Source: Piedraia hortae CBS 480.64
Lineage: Eukaryota
Direction of reading: 5' to 3'
Length of the DNA: 20,000 bases
Assembly: GCA_010093745.1 (NCBI GenBank)
Contig: MU006021.1
Location: 55,965 to 75,964 of the forward strand
A model generated the notes under the pieces. It was given only the letters and a program-made list of their open reading frames with translations, was not told the origin of the DNA and ran no database searches. The position numbers and the translations under genes are program-made. This document shows positions 9,285 through 19,932 of this stretch, one piece after another. Each line of letters opens with the position of its first letter. The first letter of the stretch is position 1.

Positions 9285-11225
9285 GGGAAGTAACCCGAAA
9301 AGTTCATATTGAGGCGGTGTGATATGAAATGGATGACTCTCAACAATCCGAAGTAGTCCATGGTGGCGCCTCCCCAAAAAGGCATCATGTCCCGTTGCTG
9401 GTCCTGGAGGAACATGTAACTCGTTGATGCTCGTGAGTGCTAATATCCCATCCTATTTCTCGTGACAGGACATTAGATTAGCGGTGAATGCAGGGAATTT
9501 CTCCATTCCTTGGCATTAAGCTTTGCATGTGCGTGTTACCATAGCTCAGGGGTTCTTTGATCGCTAACGCCATGTGGGGTATGATATGAACGCCCGTTAT
9601 TTCTTCCGCGTACCGGACCTTCTACCATGTGATTCATATGTCCGGTAGGCTTTGCGAAGATGCCGGCTGTGGACAGCAGCAGCCACACTGCCAATGCAGG
9701 ACAACAGGGAAGGTTCAAGAACGAGCTTAGTCAGTCTCATATGCAGCCTATTAGTCAAATCAGCCCGACCTGCAACCGAGCCACCGTCATCCAGTGTGGC
9801 ATTCCCGATGGTGGTGGCTAGAGATCTCGGCTGCAGGTACCCACCTGTCTTGAACCGTTTGCTGACCGACACATCCAGCCAAACCTGTTGACACTTCTGA
9901 GGTATAATTTTCTCTACAATGTGTGTGCATTACCTTGCCACGAACATTGATAGCCGAGCGGCGTGCGATAGGGGCGTCAAATGTTTGTGGTGAAATTTCG
10001 CTGCTAGTGGCAAAGACATTGACCCTACTCCTTGGACGTGGAACTGTCAAATGCAACCTAGTCGTTTAAGATCGGATTCCGAGAAGAGGCTTTCTCGCAA
10101 ATGGTGGCTACAGCCTGGAGCGTCCAAGTGATAGCACGAGGCAATTCAACTTCAACCGAGAGCAAAAGGCTTCATCATCGTCAATCGTGCGATTGCCAGT
10201 GTCCGAACTCAGGGCTCATTCGTCAGGCTTCACGGGAATGTGATGATGGTACAGAAAGCATAATAGCGCCCGCTAAGAGCATCTAGCCATAGCGTGCCGC
10301 ACGCACTAGCATTTGATCGGCAAGGCCGTTTGAAGGATGTGGATCGACATGTGCAGGAAGGCGGGCCGCACCTTTTTTTTCCCGGAAGATTGTTTTCTGC
10401 CTTGCTGCTCACTTGCGGTGAACAGCACCCACAACAGCACCGTGAAACGAAACTTTTCAGTCAAATGCAGTCAGAAGACTCTCCTTGCCTTCCATACCAC
10501 TGAGCGATGGCCCAGATATCAGTTGCATGACCATAATTACCCGCGTACCAAAAGCTATGATAAGGGGTGGCCTTAAGCGATGCTGGACATGCTTTGACGT
10601 CTAGTTAAGCAGACGCAACTACTGTCTATCAAGGACCCACGAAGACTCCAGCGTGTGCTTGAACAGCGCCTCACTCGAAACCTCTGATGATTGATTGGGA
10701 TGCTGAGTGGTGCCTCCTAGGAAACTGTTTCAGTCATCAGGGTTTCATGAATTCCCACAAATGCGCATATTCATCGAGTGCTGGAGATCATCTAAGTCGG
10801 TCCCTTATCGAATGAATGAATGAAAGAATGTCGACTGGTCCAGCTACTTCAAGGGATTGGTGATCGGCCCCACAGAAAGACAGATCGTCTGCGACAAACA
10901 AATGCTCGACATTGTGTTCAGCAGAGGCTGTGCAACATGCAACGAGAGCGGCAGTTTCTGGGCAACTGTCCACTGTCGCGTACCCTGATCTGGGCCCTCG
11001 ACGTCACCGATGCAAAGAAGTACTCCGAGTAAACTGAACTGTAGAGTGCCCCATCAAGTGTCACGAAATCCGTTACTATTTAGATATGCTGTCAAAAGGC
11101 GCAGGGTCTTCTTTGTCTTCTGTCTCAGTTCCATCTTGCGACTGCCGCATATGACAGCAGACAGAAACCCGTCAACGTTCCATAGCGGAAAGAGTCACCC
11201 GTCTTGCCGATACGGCATAGAGATT
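9285..11225 (+). ncRNA. Candidate ~2-kb highly structured non-coding RNA (family unassigned; ends approximate; could be more than one transcript)
   Basis: No credible ORF. More than 20 mutually nested helices of 6-17 bp, with non-Watson-Crick positions mostly G-U on the + strand (see findings). Confidence 0.6.
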
Positions 11226-11271
11226 ATTAAATCGACGTCATTAATCTTTGTAACTTACAAAAGACCCAGAT

Positions 11272-12116
11272 TCAGGTCAGCCAGGCGGTCATGCGACTGC
11301 CACCAAAGCGGGCGGCCAGGCGGAAGCCCTGGGAGCCCATTGGAAAGTAGGAAACGAGGTACCAAATCAAGGCCACAAGCTGAACGAGCGCACAGGGAAG
11401 AGTTAGCAGGGTGCTCCGTATGCCAACAGCGCAGTAAAGCGTCAAGGCGATGCTTCCAAAGTAGGTGGCGGTGAATGGGACGCGCTCTTGAGAGAAGAGA
11501 TGACGAACTGGGAAAGTCAGTAGAGAGGGAGGGGATGAAGCCAGAATCATGGCAGCGGGAAAGCAGATGTCGTACCGTAGGGCAGGGGCCCCATGATAAC
11601 GGCCCACGAAATGAGAAAGAACGCCGAGGCCATGGACCAGCTGGAACAAGTTAGCGCAATCTGGGGCGAGAGTGGCAGAGATGACAGTGGCGGTGGCGCA
11701 AGCAGTGGCGGAATTACTGACAGGATCGCGAATTTACGCGGGCGTAGAGAAAGAACGGGCAATAGGGTTAGGGATATCGTGAATAGCGCGACGGCGGCCG
11801 TGAGCAGCCCTCCAAAGATAAGAAGACGGTCCCACCGTGACACTATTGGGTTAGTGAACGCTGTGGTCCGGGCGCAATATGGATTTGTGATTCACTTACA
11901 GACAAACCAACCCTCCTCCTCCTCACGACGCGTAGGCGCTGGCAGCGGGGCGCCGGGAGCTTCATCTTCGTGCGTTGGTAAGCGAAGGTAGTCGTTGCCT
12001 CCGAAAGGGTTCCATCCCTGTAAGCGGTCCAGAAGCGGTTGCTGCTGTTTCGGGGCTTCTGGGCGACGAGACCAGCCGAGGCGGTTGATGCCGTCGCGAA
12101 AGGACGAAGAAGCCAT
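11272..12116 (-). CDS. SFT2: Sft2 (Got1/Sft2 family) vesicle-transport membrane protein; exons 12116-11900, 11842-11722, 11640-11576, 11507-11272
   Basis: Spliced product: MASSSFRD...EEEEGWFV/LSRWDRLLIFG...RPRKFAIL/WSMAS...MGPLPY/VRHLFSQERVPFTATYFGSIALTLY...WYLVSYFPMG. Introns of 57, 81 and 68 nt have canonical signals. Confidence 0.92.
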
Positions 12117-12456
12117 ATCGGCAGATTGTGATTCGACAGGGAATGAAGAGAATCGGTCAGATGCGGGCGGGAGCAGCCGAAAGGATTATTATCAATGAGA
12201 AACACTTTTCTGGGTGTGATTTGGTCTGGTGCGAGGTCTCAGTTTCTCTGTTTTCGCCACCTTGTGTGTGTGGGATAGCTGGTGAGGGTGCGTGTGGGGG
12301 AAGATAAATAAATAGATATTCCAGCTTAAATAACCCGTTCTGCGCTCCCCGGTCATTTCCACTTTTGCCGAGATTCCCCCGCATTTGCCCCGCATCAGCC
12401 AATCTGTACTTCACCCACACAACACACCCTGACCTGACCCTTTTCACCAACCTGCC

Positions 12457-13626
12457 ATGTCCAACGCGTGCATCAAGCCGGACCCAGAATATCTGGAGAA
12501 CTTTCCCCTCTACTCGCCCGAGCACTTTGGCTCACTGGCCGTGAATCCGGCCAGCCTGCACAACACGCCTTACCTGCCGCACTCGCAGAACTTCCTTGGG
12601 GCCGCCATCCCCGACGATGAATTGCAAGATCTTCGGCTGGATCAGCAATACGACGTCAACGGGATGAACATGGCCTTCCCGCCATCGTACGCGTCGTCAA
12701 TGCATTCGCCACAGCAGGCCCCCATGTCGCTGGGTGTGCAACCGCGGCTGCGCGCCGACGGCAAGATGACGCACCGCCACCACGGGTCGCTGGGCACTGG
12801 GTGGGAAAGCACGCCGAGCGGCCAGAGCTGGAATGAGTCGCCGCCCTTCAATTCGCCCGGCAACCATGCCATGCACCCAATCTCCGAGGTGCTCAAGACC
12901 GGCCACGCACTGCACCACCAGCACCAAACACCGTCGTCGCTGCCCACAAAGATAGAGCGCTCCACCGGCCCTTACCAGTCGCAAGAGGCCAAGCGGCGTA
13001 AGCGGCGCGAATCGCACAACGCTGTCGAGCGTCGCCGTCGCGACAACATAAACGAGCGCATTCAGGAATTGGGCACCATGATCCCGCAGCACCGCCTCGA
13101 GGACGATCGCGTGCGCAAACACCTGCAAACTAACGCGCCGCTTTCACCGCCGCTCGCGACCGGCCGCCGATCCAACGGGCTTGGCCCGTTGCCGGCCGAC
13201 GAGAGGGAGAAGGGCCCGAACAAGGGTGACATCCTGAATGGCTCCGTCGCGTGGATTCGCGATCTTTTGTGGTATTTCCAGACGAAGCAGGCCCAAGAGG
13301 CGCAACTCAAGTCGCTCGTTAATGGGCTCGGCGGAACGTGGCCGTTCGACTCCAGCGAGGAGGAGCGGCGCATGACTGGAGAGCTGATGGAGGTCCTGCA
13401 GCGCCATGGACCCGTTGGCTTCAACTCATATTCGCGCGCGCCTGGATCTGGCCTACGAGTCCCGGGCTTTACCAACATGGCCGGCGACAGCATCGAGTCG
13501 GCATCCAGCAGCCTTCCTACCAACGGCCATCCGTCGGTGAGCCCTGCCGCTGCGGGCAGCAGCGGCTCCTCATTGGCTCCTGGCTGTTGGGATTTCCAGG
13601 AGGAAGACGATTTTATGGTGAAGTAA
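12457..13626 (+). CDS. bHLH transcription factor (MiT/TFE-Rtg-like; resembles the fungal 'GlcD gamma' type), 389 aa
   Basis: Basic region/helix 1 KRRKRRESHNAVERRRRDNINERIQELG, a long loop, and helix 2 PNKGDILNGSVAWIRDL. Confidence 0.9.
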   Translation: MSNACIKPDPEYLENFPLYSPEHFGSLAVNPASLHNTPYLPHSQNFLGAAIPDDELQDLRLDQQYDVNGMNMAFPPSYASSMHSPQQAPMSLGVQPRLRADGKMTHRHHGSLGTGWESTPSGQSWNESPPFNSPGNHAMHPISEVLKTGHALHHQHQTPSSLPTKIERSTGPYQSQEAKRRKRRESHNAVERRRRDNINERIQELGTMIPQHRLEDDRVRKHLQTNAPLSPPLATGRRSNGLGPLPADEREKGPNKGDILNGSVAWIRDLLWYFQTKQAQEAQLKSLVNGLGGTWPFDSSEEERRMTGELMEVLQRHGPVGFNSYSRAPGSGLRVPGFTNMAGDSIESASSSLPTNGHPSVSPAAAGSSGSSLAPGCWDFQEEDDFMVK

Positions 13627-13831
13627 CACTGCAATGGCTGGGATCAATGGAGAAACAAAACGATTAGGGCGAGGTGGTGGACCGACGGAGTTTGATACCC
13701 TTTTCCATTTTCATAGCGTAATCATTCCACTCTTGGGTCGCGCTTTCCTCCTTCCGAACTAGGTTGTTCTGCGCTTTTCCTTTTCCGTCTACGCTTCTCC
13801 ATACGGTCGACCGCACCCCCAAACGTGACAT

Positions 13832-14185
13832 ATGTCGACCTTTGGCTCTCCCGGCGGACGCCAGTCCTTTTCCCGTCCAGTGCCTCCCGAGAGGGGATCA
13901 TTTCCCCTGGACCATGAAGGGGAGTGCAAGCACATGATGAAGGAATATCTGCGATGTCTAAAACAAAAGAGGGGCGTTCAAGATGAAGAGTGCAGGCACC
14001 TCGCCAAAAACTATCTCAGCTGTAGAATGGAAAAGTGCGTCAAACGCAAGCTCTACTGATGTACTGCTAATGTGAATGCCTGGAGGAATCTCATGGCGCC
14101 AGATGAAATGAAGAACCTCGGGTTTGCCGAGGAGGGGAACACGGTCGCAAAGGGTAAAGTTGGTCAAGGCAATGGCAATGGGTGA
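13832..14185 (+). CDS. COX19: Cytochrome c oxidase assembly factor Cox19; exons 13832-14034 and 14086-14185
   Basis: PPERGSFPLDHEGEC, twin CX9C motif; splicing 14035-14085 restores CRMEK/NLMAPDEMKNLGF. Confidence 0.93.
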
Positions 14186-15003
14186 GCTCGCAGATGGATT
14201 TTGGTGTTATATCTCAATATTCTACGATGGTCGCGATGGCGTGATAAAAAACCGGACGCACAAGGCACGACATGTGGTTGTCATGAAGATTGTTTCCATT
14301 TCGGCATTGTTCCATCAATGGACTAGCCATTGCTCTTTGATACTGCTGCCGTACTCCATTCAAGAGGTGTCATCACACCAACATCAGCTACAACTGTCTC
14401 AAGCTCAGTAAGCCAAGGTTGAAGCTGATTCATGGCTCTCCAAAGGAACAGGATCTCGGAAGCCGGAGGAGATTGTTATAGGGTCGGAGTCGGCAGGCGG
14501 AACGGCCCATGCCGCTGATGCGGCACATTGGCGAGAAACAATTATCGTAGCAAGACATCATTATAGGAAGGTATCTCAGTCTCGTTTCCGTCGAGTTTAT
14601 CTGAGAGTTATCTTTATACCAGGAATTGAAATACATCTAGTCCCGCATCGATGTGCGCTCTCAAGAAACTACCCGAGCCTTACATCATCGTGTAGATCAT
14701 AGTCACGGTATCGAAATGATGGGAAGCTGAGGTTAGCTACCGCGCTGTTTTGAAAACTCGTAATACCTACCATCATGTCACCGTGTGCCACAGCAATTCT
14801 GCAGGGACCGTAACCTAAACTCCACAGGCGCTATTATGGCGCCTGCTAGCGTAACTCCATGTGAAACAACCCCAACTCCAAACAAGACCGAGTGACGACC
14901 AAAGTGACGGCGGTACTGCTGTCTTCAAGCCACCCGTGCTCCCTGCCAGTATAAACCGCATGACAAAGTATTCCAAACAATAACATTGTCGGCATCGTCC
15001 GCC

Positions 15004-18000
15004 ATGTCAGCGACAGCGGCGCCCCAAGCAACGCCATCATGTCCGGGCGGCTTCTTTGGAACCATTGACTGCGGCACCGGGACGGCTCTTCAGGCAAAGG
15101 GCCAGACAATTGCGACGCTTGTCACAACTCTGGCGGCGTCTGTGGCTGGGTTCTTTGTCCAACTGGTTTTGTTTATGATCCTCCGCCAGAAGCTGACGCG
15201 CGTTTACCGCCCGCGATGCTATCTGGTCGCCGAGCGGGAACGGGTCGAGGCTCCCCAAGGCGGGTTTTTCTCGTGGCTGTTGCCACTCTTCACCGCATCA
15301 AACCAAACATTTATCCAAAAATGTGGGCTCGATGCCTACTTCTTTCTCCGTTACATCCGGATGCTCGTCAAGTTCTTCTTTCCGGTCGCACTTATCGTGC
15401 TACCAATATTGCTACCACTGAACCGCTACTCAGGCAACGAAGCCAAAGGCATGGATCGGCTTGCCATCAGCAATCTGGCACCAAAATACAAGAAACACAG
15501 GCTCTGGGCACACCTGATATTGGCCGCTGGAGTTGTCATTTGGTTCTGCTATACGGTACAGCGGGAACTGCGTGGGTATATCAAAATACGCCAGTCGCTC
15601 CTCACTTCTCCGCAGCATCGTATCCAGGCCAGGGCGACCACTGTGCTTGTGAGGGGCATTCCGCGTAAATGGCTGACCTACGAGGCGTTGATGGGGTTGT
15701 ATGATGTCTTTCCCGGTGGCGTCAAGAACATATGGATCAATCGGAACTTCGATGAGCTCTCCCAGAAGATTGCCAAACGCAAAAAGGTGTACAAAGCCCT
15801 CGAGAAGGCTGAGACGAACCTGATCAAAAAGTGCCTGGAAAAGAATACCCGAGCAATCAGCAAACAGGAGAAGATAGACCTGCAAAAGCTTGGACGGAGT
15901 GCCAACAGAAAGGAGATAAGACAACGAGAGAAATCGGTAGCCGATCGTCTTGCCCGAGAAGGAGGAGTCACAGTTGGCAAAAGTGCGGAGGATTCTAAAC
16001 TGCAGACCTCAGCGGAGGAAGAGGAGAAGAGCGGGGTCAATGCAACGCCAAAACACACAAATTCTGGATCCGAGGGCAGTCGCAGTGGAGGTTCGAGTGG
16101 AGATGTGAGAGAAAACAGTCCTTACTCTCCTATCAAGAACACTGGTGTAGGCGAGTCGGGCGAAAGGCTTAATGATTCTGCCAATGGGGATGCCTCGGGT
16201 GCAATGGGTTCCCCACATATACATCTTTCTGGTGGTACGTTTCTGGGAGGATCCCAATGCTCCGACGAAGCGCGGCTACAGTCCACGGGCTCCGGTTTGA
16301 CCCCTTTTCACCCTCAACAGCCGGCGTTGCAGACCTCTACAGACCAAAGGGCAAAGAGGATGCTGCAACTGGGAGAGCATGTGACGCTGCGCAGCCTATG
16401 GGACCTTGGAAGGGCCACTGACCATAGTATGGCATTGCCCTCTCCAACGCCGCACACTTCTGATGACGGAGAGTTTCCCCTTACAGCCACTAGAATCAGG
16501 CCGATGGCTCGGGAGCAGAACGGTGGTTTTCCAGGTAAAACGACAACGAGTGGGACGAACTGGTGTACAAAGATGAAATTCTGGAAATCGAGCAAAAAAC
16601 CATCCTTCGGCAAGAAGGTCATCAACGCAGAAGCTGACGAAGACGCTGAGGGCGATCCAAAGTGGCGGCAATATATCAAGCCAAGTGACCGCGAGACTTT
16701 GCGACTGCCTCTTGTAGAAGACGTCTGGTGGTGCCCCAAAATCCCGTTCGCGGGCAAAAAGGTGGACAAGATCTATCACCTGCGTCGAAAATTGGCAAGC
16801 CTCAACCTTGAAATCGAACTAGACCAGTTCAACGAGGAAAAGTTTCCGCTAATGAACTCGGCTTTCATCCAGTTTAACCACCAGGTAGCGGCTCACATGG
16901 CTGTGCAATCAGTCTCGCATCATAAGCCCATGTGCATGACTCCGAGGCTGGTTGAAGTTAGTCCCGACGATGTTGTATGGGACAATATGTCGATGAGGGT
17001 ATGTGAATCCAATAGCGACCATGATTTCGATAATGCTGACCGAATAGTGGTGGGAACAGTACTTGAGAGCAGGCGTCGTCGTTGTCGTCTGCGCAGCCCT
17101 CATATTGCTCTTCGCCGTTCCAGTCATATTTACATCTCTTTTGAGCAACATTGGCAACGTTTCCAGTCTGAAAGGGCTGCAGTGGCTTGGTAGGCTGCCG
17201 CAAATTCCCAAGTATTTGATCTCCGGCCCTTTACCGCCGTTCCTGCTCAATATCATCCTCGCAGTTGCACCTTTACTATTCACACTCCTCATTGTACAGC
17301 AAGGCTCCCCTACAAATACCAGTGTTCAGTTGGGTGTCCAGGTATGGTACTTTATTTTTATGTGAGTGCCCTGTTTACTATCCCTGGGGATGGAGAGGCT
17401 AATTTTCTCGCCAGATTCTTTGAGGTCTTCCTGATCGTCACAGTAACCAGTGGACTGACGCAGTTCTTTACCCTGCTGGCAGCCAATCCTGGAAAAATCA
17501 TCACTAGCCTGGCACAGAGTTTACCTGGTGCTGCCAACTATTTCTTTTCGTGGCTCATGGGTATGTTCCATCACGGAAGCTGCAAGCTGGCTGTGAAGGG
17601 AAGATATTGTGCTGACCTTTCGTAGTGAAAGCATTGGCCTACTCTGCGAGCGCGCTCCTCCAACCGTGGGACCTTTTCCTGCTCTGGTGGGGCAAGAGTT
17701 TCGATTCAACCCCGAGGGCAAAATGGTCGCGACAGAAGAACCTTCCTCTAGTTGACTGGGGCTCTTTCTTTCCCATGTTCACGAACATCGCGGTCATTGG
17801 AATCATCTACTCCATCATTGCGCCCTTCATCCTGGTTTTTATGGTCGTTATCTTTTTGCTCTTCTCACTCGTCTATCGACATAATATCTGGTACGTCTAC
17901 ACCTTCTCGAACGATACGGGAGGACTTTTGTTCCCAACGGCCGTCAACCAGCTCTTCATTGGGATCTACTTTCTTGAAGTTTCCCTAATCGGATACTTTT

Positions 18001-18842
18001 TCATAACAACCGACGAAAAGAACCAACTTGCCTGCATTCCACAGGGGGCGGTCATGATTACGATAATGGTTTTCACGGTCCTGTTTCATTGGCAGTTGAA
18101 TTCAGTCTATGCGCCCCTCATGAAATTCCTACCTATTACCCTGGAAGACGAAGCTGTCATCCGAGACGAAGAATTTGCTCTTGCTCAAGCTAGTAAATTC
18201 GCGCCCTTGATCCAAGACGTGTGTGATGACGGAAGGGATGGGGCTGATATGGATAAACAGCGTGCGATTAGAGGCGGAGGCAATATGGACGTGCATGGAG
18301 CCATGGAAGCGGAAGACGACCTGGCTCCACCTCAGCGCTTGAATTCAACCCCAACATGGAAGACAGATCGCTGGAGAAAAACCGCGCCGGAAGCTGTCGT
18401 GCGGCTCAAGAACCTTGCTCGTGGAAAGTCTCTTCGAGTGAAGCTGGGCAGGGATGCGGAGTCCCAACGTCCCACTACGGCAGCCATTGGGGACATGTTT
18501 TATTCCGGCTACGCGGATGAATTGGAGGATCTGAAGCCGGAGGCGCGCGATCGTCTTGTGCGGCGGGCATTTCTCCACTCTGCGCTCAGAGCCGAAAAAC
18601 CCACCGTATGGATTCCGCGCGATGAACTCGGGGTCGCAGACGACGAAGTGCGTCGTACTGAGCGTCTAACAACGGTCTATTACTCACAGCAAGAGTTGTA
18701 CAAGTCTGGCGACAATGTCAAGTCGATCAAAAAGATTAACATCTTCATTAGCAACGATGGTGCTGCCATGGGGAGGAATGGAAAGGTTACTTACGTAAAG
18801 AATCCGCCAGATTTTAAAGAGACGGCCCTGATCAAGTTGTGA
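15004..18842 (+). CDS. CSC1/OSCA/TMEM63 (DUF221, Phm7/Rsn1-like) calcium-permeable channel; exons 15004-16998, 17048-17361, 17415-17560, 17626-18842
   Basis: RVYRPRCYL, GLDAYFFLRY, TTVLVRGIP, NSAFIQFNHQVAAHMAVQ, SPDDVVWDNM, LPGAANYF, IIYSIIAPFIL, DTGGLLFPTAVNQLFIGIYFLE, KPTVWIPRDELG. Three canonical introns (49, 53, 65 nt) link the ORF-track fragments. Confidence 0.93.
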
Positions 18843-18989
18843 TCCTTTTGTGCGCTTTGTTGTTTCTGAGCGTTATACCCCAATAGCATTGATAGTTGCC
18901 TCTTAATATCTAGCGAATGCATGTACAGGAAGCATGGTACATAAGCTGTTTCAAGCACGCGGTCCGTACAGCACCTCTGGCGAAAAGAT

Positions 18990-19730
18990 CCATCTTCCTT
19001 ACTCTGTGACTATCTCGTTCGAGGGGACTGCGACTCGCCTAAGGTTCAATTATATGATTAGGCGCTCCAGCACCGTGGCTAAGTGAAGCGCGAGCGTCTG
19101 CCAGCTCGGGCACATGGAACAACCACGGATCCAAAGGGCGAGCCCGCCGCAATACAAATAGACAGCAAGATCGCACACTTTCGAATGGAAACTTACTACG
19201 GCAAGTTAATCATTAAGAATTGTGAGAAGGTAAACACCCCATCTTGACCATGCAGCATCTTCTTAGCTTGTTGAACTTGAATCGAGAGGGCCATCTCACA
19301 AAGTTCTTTTGATACAATGTGCCAGATGCATATCTTGCCGAGGCTCTAAATCAAATTATAGAGCTCAACACACACCGGCTCGCAGGAATCTCTGTTATCA
19401 GAAACGACCCAGCCACTTAGCTCCCAGCACCATGTGATCTACTCTTCATCTCGAAAGAGCACGCGGATCCTGATGCGGACAAGTGCCTCGTTTTCTTGTA
19501 GCTGACTTCCGCACCAATGCAGGTCAGCCCCAAGACAACGAGGATATTCACGCCTAGGCCTCTTGAGGAGCTGTGCGCTCTTCGTCACGCAGTGGAGACA
19601 CGGGAACGAGAACAAGCGTTAGCGTACACGTGGCGGGAATGCAAAACCGATGAAGAGAACGATGGGAAAGCAGAATCTGTGAATCAAGATGATGAGAGTG
19701 TGCGTGACCATCTAAAAGCTCGGATGGCGC
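18990..19730. ncRNA. Second candidate structured non-coding region (strand unresolved)
   Basis: Six nested 6-8 bp perfect helices plus local hairpins; lies directly downstream of repeat copy B if read on the minus strand. Confidence 0.35.
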
Positions 19731-19756
19731 GTCGTCGGTGCGCTGTGTTGCTATTG

Positions 19757-19881
19757 TGAATATGCAGTATATTACGCGCATTTTATTAGTAATTGGCGCT
19801 CAGCTCTCGACTTGACGCGTCAACTAGCTTTCCGTAGAGACTTGTTTGCATACCAGTACACATCTACTCTGTTCTAATAAG
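19757..19881 (-). repeat. Dispersed ~130-bp element, copy B
   Basis: Reverse complement AGATGTGTACTGGTATGCAAACAAGTCTCTACGGAAAGCTAGTTGACGCGTCAAGTCGAGAGCTGAGCGCC...CGTAATATACTGCATATTCA aligns with copy A along its whole length. Palindrome at 19812-19823. Confidence 0.93.
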
Positions 19882-19932
19882 CAGCGGCACCTTACAGATG
19901 TGTCAGTATACACGCGTATCTAGACAGTTTCA

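Noticed and set aside
9197..9872. Short minus-strand ORFs with signal-peptide-like starts
   Set aside because: They are short, cannot be joined into a convincing spliced model, and lie in sequence better explained by + strand RNA pairing.
9190..11270. Identification as tRNA, 5S, snRNA, U3, SRP, RNase P/MRP or a TPP riboswitch
   Set aside because: I could not find their diagnostic motifs. The T8 run at 10373-10380 lacks convincing upstream A/B boxes.
3134..13626. Functional cluster of endomembrane genes (SGM1, VPS37, SFT2, bHLH)
   Set aside because: They are interspersed with unrelated genes, and this is a common functional class, so chance is a sufficient explanation.
14960..14983. 7-codon uORF upstream of CSC1/OSCA
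   Set aside because: It starts only 5 nt after a TATAAA (14950-14955), so it is probably upstream of the TSS.
9059..19881. Copies A and B as terminal inverted repeats of a 10.8-kb cargo transposon
   Set aside because: The enclosed genes are housekeeping genes, no transposase is present, and no TSD is evident.
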